Assembly: GCA_965263355.1 (NCBI GenBank)
Contig: CBDHHL010000032.1
Location: 1,600,001 to 1,664,000, forward strand
Direction: 5' to 3'
DNA: 64,000 bases
Source: Leptolyngbyaceae cyanobacterium
Lineage (GTDB): Bacteria > Cyanobacteriota > Cyanobacteriia > Phormidesmidales > Phormidesmidaceae
Below the pieces are notes generated by a model. It saw only the letters and a program-made list of their open reading frames with translations. It was not told the DNA's origin and searched no databases. Numbering within the stretch: position 1 is the first letter of the stretch; every line of letters starts with the position of its first letter. A program made the translations under genes and the position numbers. Positions 46,954-57,821 of this stretch are shown here, one piece after another.

Positions 46954-48063
46954 TTAAGCCTTCTCATTTGTATATATTACTCTTTTGATCTCTAATCCCC
47001 TTACTGTCAACATTTTTTCAAATAAAGGTGTTGGTAGTGCTTGTTCTACAGGCCATACGCCTGGCAGAGAAAGCTGCCCAGATAGAACTAACTGAGCAAT
47101 GCTACCAGTGCCATAACCAGCGGCTGCAGCTGTATCTGGATGAGTGGCTGTGGCTAGATAGGTGGCTGATTGCCCCTGATGTTTGCCCGTAATAGCCAGA
47201 CGCATGGCAATACCCGTACTGCTAAAATGGTTAGTTACCTGGGTCATGGCGTAGCTGATCTGGGCAAGAAATTCCACTATGGTCTGTTGCTTTAGCCAAG
47301 GTGAGGGCAACAATGTCATTAGTTTGGTTAGACGATTGTAGACATCGGGTAGGGAACCAAATTTGGTGACTATGCTAGTTAGTTGAGGAAATGACTTAGC
47401 CAGGGTCATGGCTTCAACGGTATTAAACCAATATACGCCGGCTCCTTTGTTGTAGGGTTCGGGAAAGGGTAAAACTTCGCGATCGCAATAGGGCTGAATC
47501 TTTACCCACTGGCCGTTAACCTTAGCTTCAAAGGGCGTTTGTAACTCAATAAATGTAGTACGCATGACGGTGACGCCAGCTCCGCCTGAGCCAGCGACTA
47601 AGTAACTAAGATGTACCTGGTCAGCCTGCTCTAACTGCTCGATGCCCTGGCGAACCATACTATTAGAGATACCAGGAAACACCCCAGTGCTGACAATGCA
47701 GGTGACACCCGCCGCTTTTGCCACATCGCTAAAGGCCAGGGCTGCACTGACGTAATCAGGACTATCGGCAATGTCAATGTAGTTTGTGCCCTGTTCAATG
47801 CATTGGGCCAGAACGTTGCAATTCCTCGTTCTAAAGGGGCCAGCACAGTGGATGACCAAATCATGAGCTGAGATCGCAGCCCTCACCCGAGCGTGGTCCT
47901 CTAACAGCAACGACTGATACTGCTGGCGTGGCTGCAGCTTAAACGCAGCTTGGGAACGTCTGCCGGTCAGGGTCAGGGTTGCATCTGTATGGCACAACAA
48001 ATCCATTGCTATGCTACGACCGATGCGGCCACTACCACCAATGATTAGAACGGTTAAAGTCAT
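46954..48063 (-). CDS. Saccharopine dehydrogenase-like oxidoreductase
   Basis: Rossmann motif IIGGSGRIG, HCAGPF and TGVFPGISN. Confidence 0.9.
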   Translation of the reverse strand: MTLTVLIIGGSGRIGRSIAMDLLCHTDATLTLTGRRSQAAFKLQPRQQYQSLLLEDHARVRAAISAHDLVIHCAGPFRTRNCNVLAQCIEQGTNYIDIADSPDYVSAALAFSDVAKAAGVTCIVSTGVFPGISNSMVRQGIEQLEQADQVHLSYLVAGSGGAGVTVMRTTFIELQTPFEAKVNGQWVKIQPYCDREVLPFPEPYNKGAGVYWFNTVEAMTLAKSFPQLTSIVTKFGSLPDVYNRLTKLMTLLPSPWLKQQTIVEFLAQISYAMTQVTNHFSSTGIAMRLAITGKHQGQSATYLATATHPDTAAAAGYGTGSIAQLVLSGQLSLPGVWPVEQALPTPLFEKMLTVRGLEIKRVIYTNEKA

Positions 48064-48131
48064 GGTTGATCAGACAAAAATACTCTGGTTGATGCAACGG
48101 TCGCTATAACTGACAATGGACCAACTGATCT

Positions 48132-49820
48132 ATGTTGGCTGCATTGTTCATGACTACTCCTACCACTACACAAGCGTCTTGCTCCATTCCTGTTTGGCCT
48201 CGTATCACGGGCTGGACCATCGTAGTGTGGCTGATTGCGTTGCTAGTAGCATCGCCTATTTTAGTTGTGTTAGGTAGTGTATTGTCACCGAGCGAAGGGG
48301 TATTTAGTCATTTAGCGTCAACGGTGCTAACCCAATATATTACCCATTCCCTAATGTTGATGGTGGGGGTGGGAGTAGGGGTATTGTTACTGGGCATTGG
48401 TACAGCTTGGCTAGTGACTATGTGTCGCTTTCCCGGTAGCCATCTATTTGAGTGGGCGTTGTTGTTACCCTTGGCAGCACCCGCTTACTTGCTGGCTTAC
48501 ACCTACACTGACTGGCTGGATTATTATGGGCCGGTGCAGCTGTGGTTGCGCTCTCAATTTGGCTGGCAATCTGTCGGCGACTATTGGTTTCCCGATGTGC
48601 GTTCAGTGGGTGGTGCCATTGCCATGTTTAGCCTTACTCTTTACCCCTATGTATACATGCTGACAAGGGTCGCCTTCTTAGAACAGTCAGTCTGTACGTT
48701 AGAAGCCAGTCGCTCTTTGGGCTGTGGTCCCTGGCGTAGCTTTTTTAGGGTGGCGTTGCCCTTAGCCCGCCCTGCCATTATGGCCGGACTGTCTCTGGCG
48801 TTAATGGAAACCCTGAGCGACTTTGGCACTGTTGATTACTTTGGTGTGGCCACTTTTACCACCGGCATTTACCGCACCTGGTTTGGCATGGGAGCCCAGG
48901 TCGCTGCCGCTCAACTATCGGCCATGCTGATGGTGTTTATTTTGGTGCTGATTATCTTGGAACGCTGGTCTCGACGACAGGCCAAATATTATCAAGCAAA
49001 AAATAGTGTTAAACGCCCTCAAGCTTATGATTTGAAGGGAATTCGTGCCTGGGGAGCAACCTTTGCCTGTGGGCTGCCCATTGCTCTGGGATTATTGTTA
49101 CCGGGGGGGGTATTGGCTCAAATGACCTTCACTCATCTGGATGAAACTTTAGACAATCGTTTTTTAGAGCTGGCGCACCATAGTCTGATCCTAGCCGGTC
49201 TGACTGCTGGGATAGGGGTGGTTGTGGCCCTGTTGCTGGGCTATGGGGCACGACTGAGTAAACAACGAGTGGTAAATCTGGGTGTCCGTCTAGCGTCTAT
49301 GGGATATGCAGTCCCTGGTGCCGTAATTGCTGTAGGCATTTTGATTCCAGTGGTGAAATTGGACAAGGGTCTATCAAGCTGGGTTGAGGCTATGACTGGC
49401 AACAATATTGGCCTGATTCTTAGCGGCACAATTACAGCGTTGATTTTTGCCTATTTGGTCAGGTTTTTAGCAGTGGCCTTAGGAACTGTGGAGTCAGGAC
49501 TGAGTAAAATTCGGCCCACTATTGATGATGCCGCCCGCAGCTTGGGGTGTTCGCCTACGAAAACTCTAGTAAAAATTCATACGCCTTTGATGGCTAGCAG
49601 CTTATTTACGGCTCTTATGCTGGTGTTTGTAGATGTCATGAAAGAGCTACCGGCCACCCTGGTAATGCGCCCGTTTAACTTTGATACTCTGGCTGTGAGG
49701 GTTTACCAGTATGCGTCAGATGAGCGATTGGTAGAAGCATCAGCTCCTGCATTAATGATTTTGCTAGTAGGGCTGTTGCCCGTTATTGTATTGAGCTGGC
49801 AAATCGCACGGGAAAGATAA
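48132..49820 (+). CDS. futB: Fe(III) ABC transporter permease
   Basis: Two EAA loops (LEASRSLG, DDAARSLG), METLSDFGTV and KELPATL..FNFDTLA. Confidence 0.9.
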   Translation: MLAALFMTTPTTTQASCSIPVWPRITGWTIVVWLIALLVASPILVVLGSVLSPSEGVFSHLASTVLTQYITHSLMLMVGVGVGVLLLGIGTAWLVTMCRFPGSHLFEWALLLPLAAPAYLLAYTYTDWLDYYGPVQLWLRSQFGWQSVGDYWFPDVRSVGGAIAMFSLTLYPYVYMLTRVAFLEQSVCTLEASRSLGCGPWRSFFRVALPLARPAIMAGLSLALMETLSDFGTVDYFGVATFTTGIYRTWFGMGAQVAAAQLSAMLMVFILVLIILERWSRRQAKYYQAKNSVKRPQAYDLKGIRAWGATFACGLPIALGLLLPGGVLAQMTFTHLDETLDNRFLELAHHSLILAGLTAGIGVVVALLLGYGARLSKQRVVNLGVRLASMGYAVPGAVIAVGILIPVVKLDKGLSSWVEAMTGNNIGLILSGTITALIFAYLVRFLAVALGTVESGLSKIRPTIDDAARSLGCSPTKTLVKIHTPLMASSLFTALMLVFVDVMKELPATLVMRPFNFDTLAVRVYQYASDERLVEASAPALMILLVGLLPVIVLSWQIARER

Positions 49821-49984
49821 CAGTGCGATCGCAATATCTACCCAATATATAGCCAGCTTAACTATAAAGATGGCATTTACATTTTTGCTAGCTTCTTGAG
49901 ATCGTTTATCATGAAGGTGAAAGCTCTGTATAAGTAGATGCGTTTTATTGATGCAGCTAATGCTCCCTTAAGGCCTCTAAACCT

Positions 49985-50170
49985 ATGAATTGGCACGACT
50001 GGCTCTTAATTATTTGTTTTATAGCAATGTCTGCCGTAGGGCTTAGACTTTCTTGGATATGGTGCTATCGTTCGTACTATGAAAGGTGGCGACGACGTTC
50101 TCAACTCTCGATAGTACTAGGCAAATTTGGTCACTCTAAGCGTCGCATATACTATATGCCACGTAAATGA
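49985..50170 (+). CDS. Small hypothetical membrane protein (61 aa)
   Basis: ATG start, N-terminal hydrophobic helix and basic tail; no family recognised. Confidence 0.45.
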   Translation: MNWHDWLLIICFIAMSAVGLRLSWIWCYRSYYERWRRRSQLSIVLGKFGHSKRRIYYMPRK

Positions 50171-50308
50171 AATTTATAAGCAATAATATAGTTAATTTTT
50201 AAGTACATTTATACTAAACAAGATTGGTATAAAAAGCTTATGAGAAAACAGACATTCCCCTGTAACCAATCGGCCAAATAAAGTGTCCAGAATTACGAGG
50301 GGTTAGCT

Positions 50309-51091
50309 ATGGTTCTAGATGCCTACGACCTGCGAGGGGGCTATGGCGATAAGACCATTATTGACCAAGTCACCCTAGCGTTACATCAGGGGGAATGGCT
50401 GAGTATCTTAGGTGCAAACGGGTCTGGTAAATCCACGCTGTTGCGATTGTTTGGACGTATTTTGACTCCCCAAGACGGTACTATCTGGCTAAGCGGTCGC
50501 GACATTCACAGTTTGTCGCCAACTGAGATCGCTCGTAAGTTAGCGCTACTGCCCCAGCAACAGATTTTGCCAGATGATCTGAATGTCTATCAGCTCGTAA
50601 GTCTAGGGCGTTCCCCACACCAACCTTGGTGGCAATGGGATTTGACTGCCAAGGACCATCACCAAATCGAGCAGGCCTTAGCCTGGACCGATTTGGAACA
50701 ATATCGCCATGAACCTGTATCAGCGTTGTCTGGAGGGCAGCGACAGAGAGCCTTTCTAGCGTTAGCTCTGGCTCAACAACCTCAGGTATTACTATTGGAT
50801 GAACCGACTACCTATTTGGATATCCATTATCAGCTGCAGCTTCTAGAATTGCTCAAACAGCTGAATCAAACAGGGCAGATTACCATCATCACTGTACTTC
50901 ACGATATTAATCTTGCTGTTCGGTATAGTCATCGGCTTGCCTTCATGCGTCAGGGCAAACTATTAGCCATTGGTCCAGTTGATAAAACCCTAACACCCGA
51001 AATTTTGAAACAAGTGTTCGATGTGGATGTCACTATTTTGGCCACCCCCGTCGGCCCGCAGATTTGCCCTTTGGCAGCAAGTCAATACTAA
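50309..51091 (+). CDS. Iron-siderophore/cobalamin-type ABC ATPase (FhuC/FecE-like)
   Basis: GANGSGKS, LGRSPH, LSGGQRQRA, LDEPTTYLD and VLHDINLA. Confidence 0.9.
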   Translation: MVLDAYDLRGGYGDKTIIDQVTLALHQGEWLSILGANGSGKSTLLRLFGRILTPQDGTIWLSGRDIHSLSPTEIARKLALLPQQQILPDDLNVYQLVSLGRSPHQPWWQWDLTAKDHHQIEQALAWTDLEQYRHEPVSALSGGQRQRAFLALALAQQPQVLLLDEPTTYLDIHYQLQLLELLKQLNQTGQITIITVLHDINLAVRYSHRLAFMRQGKLLAIGPVDKTLTPEILKQVFDVDVTILATPVGPQICPLAASQY

Positions 51092-51507
51092 GGTTCTTGA
51101 GCTGATTTAGGAATTGTTGCAATACCTAAACTTGCACCTTCAATAGTTCGTAATTCATCCATGACTGTAATTACCTTGCCGTGGTAAGTTTGCTCATCTG
51201 CTTTAATGGTAATGAATACTTCCTGTTCAGGTTCAAGCTGGGCAAAAATACGCTGACGTAGTTCTTTATCTACCACTGGTGCGTCATCCAGAAAAAGACT
51301 GCCATCAGGTTGTATAGTGACAGTAAAGTCAGCCACTTCTTGCGGTTTAGAGGTTTCGGTTTTAGGTAAATTGACTGGCAGCCCCTCTGTACGAGTCAAA
51401 AAGAGCGTTGAGACGATAAAGAAAGCGAGGATCGCGAAGATCACATCGATCATCGGCAGAATATTGATTTCGAACTCATCGTCTAACTCATTATCATGAA
51501 TTCGCAT
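51088..51507 (-). CDS. exbD: Biopolymer transport protein ExbD
   Basis: INILPMIDVIF and IKADEQTYHGKVITVMD. Confidence 0.93.
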   Translation of the reverse strand: MRIHDNELDDEFEINILPMIDVIFAILAFFIVSTLFLTRTEGLPVNLPKTETSKPQEVADFTVTIQPDGSLFLDDAPVVDKELRQRIFAQLEPEQEVFITIKADEQTYHGKVITVMDELRTIEGASLGIATIPKSAQEP

Positions 51508-52144
51508 ATTCTGGATTCCTTAGCTGACTTGCATAATGGCCTTCATACAATAGTTCAAACTGTCCCCCATGTTCCTGCAATAGGGCAATCTGGCGTTTGT
51601 AGAGACCACGAAATAAGTTGGCAAACAATAAGGTGAAAATTGCCACAACCATGCCTGCTGCTGTGGAGACTAATGCCTCACTGATTCCACCGGTAACAAT
51701 CTCTGCATTGGAGCCAATACCACCAATTTCAATGGCGTCAAATGAACGAATGAGGCCCAGGATGGTACCAAGCAGCCCCAACAAAGGTGAGACTGTAATG
51801 ATGGTTTGAAAAATGGTATTGAAACGTTTGAGCAGGGGTAGCTCTGCTTGAGTAGCACTTTCCAACGCCAGACGAAATTGACTGGGAGATGGGCTTTCTA
51901 GCTCTAGCGCTTCGAGAAAGATGCGAGAGATAGGTAAATGAATATTCTTGCGCAATGGGGTGAAGACATCGACTGGCGTACGGCGATATGTGGCCAGGAT
52001 TGTTTTGACAACTTTTCGCTGATTGCGATTGATGCGCGTCCAGAAAACAAGCCGTTCAACGGAGAGTGCGATCGCAACCACTGAGAACAAAGCCAGCGGC
52101 CACATCACAATCCCACCTGCTCGAAAAATCTCAGTAAACGACAT
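51494..52144 (-). CDS. exbB: MotA/TolQ/ExbB proton channel protein
   Basis: GGIVMWPL, SPLLGLLGTILG and GISEALVSTAAG. Confidence 0.93.
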   Translation of the reverse strand: MSFTEIFRAGGIVMWPLALFSVVAIALSVERLVFWTRINRNQRKVVKTILATYRRTPVDVFTPLRKNIHLPISRIFLEALELESPSPSQFRLALESATQAELPLLKRFNTIFQTIITVSPLLGLLGTILGLIRSFDAIEIGGIGSNAEIVTGGISEALVSTAAGMVVAIFTLLFANLFRGLYKRQIALLQEHGGQFELLYEGHYASQLRNPEYANS

Positions 52145-52478
52145 AACCAATACCTCTACCAAGCTCTAATTCTCAACTGCACAAACTCGTCTCAACGATC
52201 TTCTAAACTATCGAAAGCGTTTATTACCCATTCTGACTTACTTAAAAAGTAATGACATTAAATGTCATGTAAGAGCTTATCCTGCGAATTTTTATTTTAA
52301 TACATGTAGTTACCACCTATACAGAACCTAGTTGATTAATTAAAAACCATTGACAACCAATAGCTTTAGTAGCTAAGCCTAAATGGCCATAGCGGGAACT
52401 AATCATGATTACGCTGAAATTTCTATTTTATTTTCCGATTAATAAAGCTACACTGATAGAGCTGTCCCGGGTTTTTAT

Positions 52479-52493
52479 TGATATTCAGTGTCA
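52479..52493 (+). promoter_or_regulatory. Fur-like 7-1-7 box upstream of tonB
   Basis: TGATATTCAGTGTCA matches TGATAATCATTATCA at 12 of 15 positions. Confidence 0.55.
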
Positions 52494-52512
52494 ATAATTG
52501 TAGTATCAATGG

Positions 52513-54198
52513 TTGTGTTGTATGGCGCTTTCTCAAGCATGTATCGAGCAACATAATAGAGAAAATGCTATTGCTCGCAGATGGCTGTGGTGGGGATTGG
52601 TCTGTGCCTCTGGATTTCACGTTGCCCTGGTTCCTTTGTTGGCGTTGCGATCACATCCTGTAAAGAGCCTGGACGAACTAGAACGGATTGAGTTGCTCGT
52701 AACAACTTCCCATGAATCTAGTTCCCCTATTGCTCAAGCTACCCAGGAGAACAAACCAGACCTAGAACCAGAGACATCTCCACCACCTAGCTCTGGAAAG
52801 CTGAAAAAAACAGAGGAACTTGAGCCCCCTGAAGAGCCTGAAGAGTCAGAAAAACTAGAAAAAGCAGAGGAACCAGGGGAGCCAGAAAAAACAGAGGAGC
52901 CAGAGGAGCTAGAAGCGCCAGAAGCGCCAGAAGAAGAAGCTCCAGAAGCAGCAGCGCCAGAGGAGCCAGAAGAAGAAGCTCCAGAAAAAACAAATCATCA
53001 GCCTAATAGTTCTCCTGAGGAACCAAAAGTTGTCGATAATCCGGGTAGTCGTCAAGCAACTCAGCAGGCCACAACAAATGGCAGCGACATTCCTGAGCAC
53101 AGCGAGCCCACTAGAGTTTTTGCTCCGTCCCTTGAACCTAGCATTGCAGTCATTTCGAGTAACGATACAGAAAGCAATACAGAAACAGACAACCAGGGGG
53201 CAATTGCAGCTGGTACAGAAGAAATTGGTACAGGAGGGCAGTCTGAGGATCAAACCGTAGCTCGAACCACAGCTAGCCAGGGAAGCAATGAACCCCCTGC
53301 GACCAGTAGGGACAGTACACGTTTTGGTTGTCGTGACTGTGTTGTTCCAAACTATCCTGAAGCCGCTTCAGGCGACCACGTCGAAGGGCAGCCAGATATT
53401 GAATTTGAGGTGGATAAAGACGGTAATGTTATCAATGCTCGTATAGCTCAATCTAGTGGTAGTACGGCGTTAGACCAAGCCGCTTTGGATGCCGTTAGAC
53501 GCTCAAGCTTTACAGCAGGCGGACAGGGACGTACCCACACTATTCAAATGAACTTTTCCATTGAAGGGTCTGAGCGGCATCGAGCAGCGCAGAGGCAGGG
53601 CGAGCGACGAATGATAGAGGAATTAGCGCCTATCCAGGAATCTGAATCTGTTATTGCTCAACCAGAGTCACCTACACCGGGGGTGGATACGTCATCAAGT
53701 ATGCCAATTCTAGATGCAACAGGACCAGAGTCAACAGAAACCGATGATGCAAGTAGCGATATTCCTCAACTGACTGACTCAAGTTCTGTATCTGCTGAGG
53801 ATGCTGACCAAATCAACCTAAGCCCGTCAGGAGAGCACTCAGATTCAACAGCAGAGATTTCTCCGGATGCTAGGCAGCCTGCCAATACTAATGTGATATC
53901 ACCTGAACCCATGGGGGCTTCTGAAACGCTACCAGAGACATCCACGGCTCCAGTCAACGCTCCACAAATACCCAATCTGCCAGCTTTATCACCAAGTATA
54001 CCCAGCACATCAACATCTCCGAGTGCTAAGCCAACTGAACCTGCACCACAACAACCTGTACTGCAACTCGCACCACAACCTAGCTCTCCTCAGTCTGTAC
54101 TACAGCCTGTGCCGCATTCGCCCGTATTGCAGCAACCTGACCTCCAGCCAATACCTGACGCCAAACCGCTTAGTGGTGAATCAGAAACGGAGAACTAA
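52513..54198 (+). CDS. tonB: TonB-family energy transducer with a long acidic/Pro-rich C-terminal extension
   Basis: Transmembrane helix with ASGFH, a Glu-Pro-rich spacer, and TonB_C motifs PNYPEAA and SSGSTALDQAALDAV; divergent from exbBD. Confidence 0.85.
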   Translation: MCCMALSQACIEQHNRENAIARRWLWWGLVCASGFHVALVPLLALRSHPVKSLDELERIELLVTTSHESSSPIAQATQENKPDLEPETSPPPSSGKLKKTEELEPPEEPEESEKLEKAEEPGEPEKTEEPEELEAPEAPEEEAPEAAAPEEPEEEAPEKTNHQPNSSPEEPKVVDNPGSRQATQQATTNGSDIPEHSEPTRVFAPSLEPSIAVISSNDTESNTETDNQGAIAAGTEEIGTGGQSEDQTVARTTASQGSNEPPATSRDSTRFGCRDCVVPNYPEAASGDHVEGQPDIEFEVDKDGNVINARIAQSSGSTALDQAALDAVRRSSFTAGGQGRTHTIQMNFSIEGSERHRAAQRQGERRMIEELAPIQESESVIAQPESPTPGVDTSSSMPILDATGPESTETDDASSDIPQLTDSSSVSAEDADQINLSPSGEHSDSTAEISPDARQPANTNVISPEPMGASETLPETSTAPVNAPQIPNLPALSPSIPSTSTSPSAKPTEPAPQQPVLQLAPQPSSPQSVLQPVPHSPVLQQPDLQPIPDAKPLSGESETEN

Positions 54199-54241
54199 AA
54201 CAAATGGGTAGTCCTTAAAGAGTAAGAAATAGGATTATCTT

Positions 54242-55576
54242 CTAATCTACTATCCCCGCTTTTTGTGACCGAACCATGTTTCTCGACACATGAAGAACTG
54301 GTAGCTCAATATTGAATTCAGTTCCCTTATCAGAAGAAGATTCAAAATAGAACTTGCCACTATGCTTTTCAACAATAATTTGGTGGCTAATAGAAAGCCC
54401 AAGACCTGTACCTTTGCCGCGAGGTTTAGTGGTAAAGAACGGTTCAAATAATTTAGCCTGATGGTCTTCAGGAATACCAGGGCCATTATCAATAATCCGT
54501 ATCCGAACATTATTGCTAGCAATCACCTGCGTCTGAATATGAATGGTTGGTGTGATGGATTGCCCCTGATTGATCGATTCTTCAAGCGCATCAATGGCGT
54601 TGCTCAGCAGATTCATAAATACCTGGTTAAGCTGGCTAGCGTAGCACTCAACTTTAGGCAACTCGCCGTAATCTTTTATGATCTTGATGCCGGGACAATC
54701 ATAGGTAGCGTTAGTACGATTTTGTAAAATTAGTAGCGTATTATCAATGCCTTCGTGTAAATCAACAGGTTTCATTTCAGCCTCATCTAAGCGAGAAAAA
54801 TTTCGTAAAGATAAGACGATTTTACGGATACGTTTAGACCCAATTTTCATGGAATGAAATAACTGTGGTAAGTCTTCTCGCACGAAATTCAGGTCAATTT
54901 CATCCATTTTTTCTTGCACAGCCGGCGTCAGTTCTGGATATTCGTTGCAGAACGTCTCGATTAATTCCAGTAAGCTCTGAACATAGTTACTAGCTGGCCA
55001 TACATTGCCGTAGATAAAGTTGACTGGATTGTTAATTTCATGGGCAATTCCTGCAACTAGTTGCCCCAAACTCGACATTTTTTCACTTTGGACTAACTGC
55101 ATTTGGCTGCGCTCTAATCTGCGTATTGCCGCTTGTAAGTCAGCAGTACGCTCAGCAATTCGCTGTTCTAGGGTTTGATTAAGCTGTCTCAACTGTAGAT
55201 GTACCTGAATACGGGCCAGTACTTCTTCGTGCTGAATAGGCTTAGTGATATAGTCAACGGCACCCAGTTTAAGCCCTTTAACCCTGTCAACAGATTCGGA
55301 AAGCGCTGTCATAAAGATGACCGGGATATCTTTAGTGTGGTCGTTTGCTTTTAACCGTTGGCAAATTTCAAACCCGTCGATACCCGGCATCATCACGTCA
55401 AGCAAAATTAAGTCTGGTAGGTGATCTTGCAGCCGTTTGAGGGCACTTTCACCTGTTTTTGCGATCGCTACCCGATAGCCAGAGCCGCTAAGGACATCAA
55501 AAAGAACTTGAATATTTGTCGGCGTATCGTCAACAACTAAAATTGTGCCTTTATCCTCAACCATTTCCATAGTCAT
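54242..55576 (-). CDS. Receiver + histidine kinase hybrid
   Basis: LVVDD..LLDVMMP..KPI receiver, AHEINNP H-box, LNQVFMN and GTGLGL. Start placed at 55576 to avoid overlap with the upstream gene. Confidence 0.93.
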   Translation of the reverse strand: MTMEMVEDKGTILVVDDTPTNIQVLFDVLSGSGYRVAIAKTGESALKRLQDHLPDLILLDVMMPGIDGFEICQRLKANDHTKDIPVIFMTALSESVDRVKGLKLGAVDYITKPIQHEEVLARIQVHLQLRQLNQTLEQRIAERTADLQAAIRRLERSQMQLVQSEKMSSLGQLVAGIAHEINNPVNFIYGNVWPASNYVQSLLELIETFCNEYPELTPAVQEKMDEIDLNFVREDLPQLFHSMKIGSKRIRKIVLSLRNFSRLDEAEMKPVDLHEGIDNTLLILQNRTNATYDCPGIKIIKDYGELPKVECYASQLNQVFMNLLSNAIDALEESINQGQSITPTIHIQTQVIASNNVRIRIIDNGPGIPEDHQAKLFEPFFTTKPRGKGTGLGLSISHQIIVEKHSGKFYFESSSDKGTEFNIELPVLHVSRNMVRSQKAGIVD

Positions 55577-55607
55577 TATTTGATTTCCTAAAGCTCCTGA
55601 CCAAAAG

Positions 55608-57815
55608 TCATACATACTGTTCAACGAGATCGATAATCGCATCGTCTTCGAATGCTTGAGCCAACTCCAACAACTTGTTGACAAAAAGGGTATAGTTCTG
55701 ATCAAGTTGTTTCAAACGTTTCGCTTCCTTCTGAACGTCGCCGATAAAGCCAGCTTTGGCTAACTGGTAGAGCTTTACGAGTTCTGGGGCTGGGGGCACA
55801 ATCCACTCAGAGGTGGCCTGCTCGGTAGCAGCGGCAGACTCTGCAACGGTGTTGCTATAAATCCATTCAAGCTCCAGTAAACACTGGATTTCCTGGAGCA
55901 GTGAAGAGAAATCGATGGGTTTTGGTAAAAATGCTGTGCAGCCCGCTGTCAAGCTTTCTCGCTTGTCGACACGAGAGAATGTGGCTGGAGACGCAATGAT
56001 GGGTGTGGTCGCAAAGTCGTCCTGTTGTCTCAATTGACGAGTCATCTCAAGGCCATCCATCTCGGGCATCATTACGTCCGTAATGATTAAATCAGGCTTG
56101 TGAAGCTGCGCAGCCAAGAGTCCTGATTTGCCAGTGTCGGCGGTTACAACCTGAAACCCTAACGGTTCCAGCATGTCAACCAAGACATCACGGTTTTCTG
56201 ATTCGTCATCAATGGCCAAAACGGTTTGCCTGTTACCCTGGTAACCAGTAATTTGACGAGTGATGCGATCGCGACTTTCAGTTGCCTGACCTTCTTGCGC
56301 CGTTTCTAATTCTAGTTCAAACCAAAACCTACTACCCTGCCCTAGGGTACTGACGACCTGAATTTCACCGCCCATCATTTTCACTATCTCTTGGCTAATC
56401 GCTAACCCTAAGCCTGTTCCCTGAGAATTATGTTCGTCGCTGACTGCCTGCTCGAAGGGGGTGAAAATGTGGGTCAGCTTATCCGCAGGGATGCCAATGC
56501 CGGTATCTTTCACGGTGAACCGCAGTTGCACAGGGCCAGAAAACTGTTGCGTCTGAGCCTCGTCCACGGGCTCAATGCTTAGCGTCACGGTGCCAATGTC
56601 AGTGAATTTGATAGCATTGCTCAGCAAATTCAACAATACCTGGCGCAACCGTTTGTCATCTACATGCACTACTAGCGGCAGCCCATTGGCGGGAGCGTAC
56701 ACAAATTTGATGCCTTTTTGATCAGCTTTAATACGGCAAATTTCCGTAGTTACCATCAAAAAATTGGAGAGATGCACATCTTTAGGGTGCAAATCAACTT
56801 TACCTGCTTCGATTTTCGAAATATCGAGCACATCGTTGATCAGTGTCAGCAAATGAGTTGCACACTGCTGAATCACCTCGACCCCTTTGAGCTGTTTAGT
56901 ACTTAACGTAGCATCGCGGCCTAAAATTTGGGCATAGCCCAGAATGCCGTTGAGGGGTGTCCGTAGCTCATGGTTCATATTTGCCAAAAAGCTACTCTTG
57001 GCTCGGTTGGCTGTTTCGGCAGCCTGCTGAGCCACTTGCACTGCCTGCATCTGGTGGTTTAATTGCTGATTGGAAACCTGGAGCTTGGTTGTCATTTGAT
57101 TAAACTCATGCCCCAATGCTTCGATTTCATCACCTGTAGTGATCGCCAATCGATAGTTGAGTTCCCCTTCACCCACCTTAGTGACCCCTAATTTCAACTG
57201 CTGAATTGAGCGCAATACAGGTAGCAAAATCCAGCTAAATTGAGCGGCCAGCAACAACAGAATAAGCACCATTTCAATGGTATTAGCTGTTCTAGCGGTT
57301 GCCCGAATTTTCCGTAGATGATTATTGGCAGCTAGTTCTTGTTGACGGGTTTGGTCAAGCAACAGATTCGCATAAAATTCGATATCTCTCACGAACGAGT
57401 TGAGCGCGTACAAATCCTGCCGCATGTTAGAGAGCGAAGTTTCGCCCTCAGTTAGTTTATTGGCTAAACGAACAATGTCGCGATGCCGACGCCGTAACAA
57501 CTCAACATCTTCATTATCAGTCAGCAACAGTTCGAGTTTGTCTAAGCGTATGAGGACATCTGATTTGGCTTGTTCGTACTGGATAAAATTAGCGCGCTTG
57601 CGATCCAGCAGCAGATAATCCTTCAGCAATTGCACTTCATGCTGCAAAGATACTTCTAAAGCCAATGCTGTGTCCAACGCTTGCCGCTGGTGCTGATAAC
57701 TAACTTCGACCTGTTGCTCAGCTCTCTTAAGTAACCAATTACCACCGCCCGATAAAGCTAAAATCAATCCCCCCACAAGCAACGACGAGCCGAGAAATTT
57801 GGTGATGAGTTGCAT
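55608..57815 (-). CDS. Membrane hybrid sensor histidine kinase (HAMP, HisKA, HATPase, receiver)
   Basis: Two transmembrane helices, GDEIEAL HAMP, NHELRTPLN, GTGLGL and TDVMMP. Confidence 0.94.
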   Translation of the reverse strand: MQLITKFLGSSLLVGGLILALSGGGNWLLKRAEQQVEVSYQHQRQALDTALALEVSLQHEVQLLKDYLLLDRKRANFIQYEQAKSDVLIRLDKLELLLTDNEDVELLRRRHRDIVRLANKLTEGETSLSNMRQDLYALNSFVRDIEFYANLLLDQTRQQELAANNHLRKIRATARTANTIEMVLILLLLAAQFSWILLPVLRSIQQLKLGVTKVGEGELNYRLAITTGDEIEALGHEFNQMTTKLQVSNQQLNHQMQAVQVAQQAAETANRAKSSFLANMNHELRTPLNGILGYAQILGRDATLSTKQLKGVEVIQQCATHLLTLINDVLDISKIEAGKVDLHPKDVHLSNFLMVTTEICRIKADQKGIKFVYAPANGLPLVVHVDDKRLRQVLLNLLSNAIKFTDIGTVTLSIEPVDEAQTQQFSGPVQLRFTVKDTGIGIPADKLTHIFTPFEQAVSDEHNSQGTGLGLAISQEIVKMMGGEIQVVSTLGQGSRFWFELELETAQEGQATESRDRITRQITGYQGNRQTVLAIDDESENRDVLVDMLEPLGFQVVTADTGKSGLLAAQLHKPDLIITDVMMPEMDGLEMTRQLRQQDDFATTPIIASPATFSRVDKRESLTAGCTAFLPKPIDFSSLLQEIQCLLELEWIYSNTVAESAAATEQATSEWIVPPAPELVKLYQLAKAGFIGDVQKEAKRLKQLDQNYTLFVNKLLELAQAFEDDAIIDLVEQYV

Positions 57816-57821
57816 AATGAG

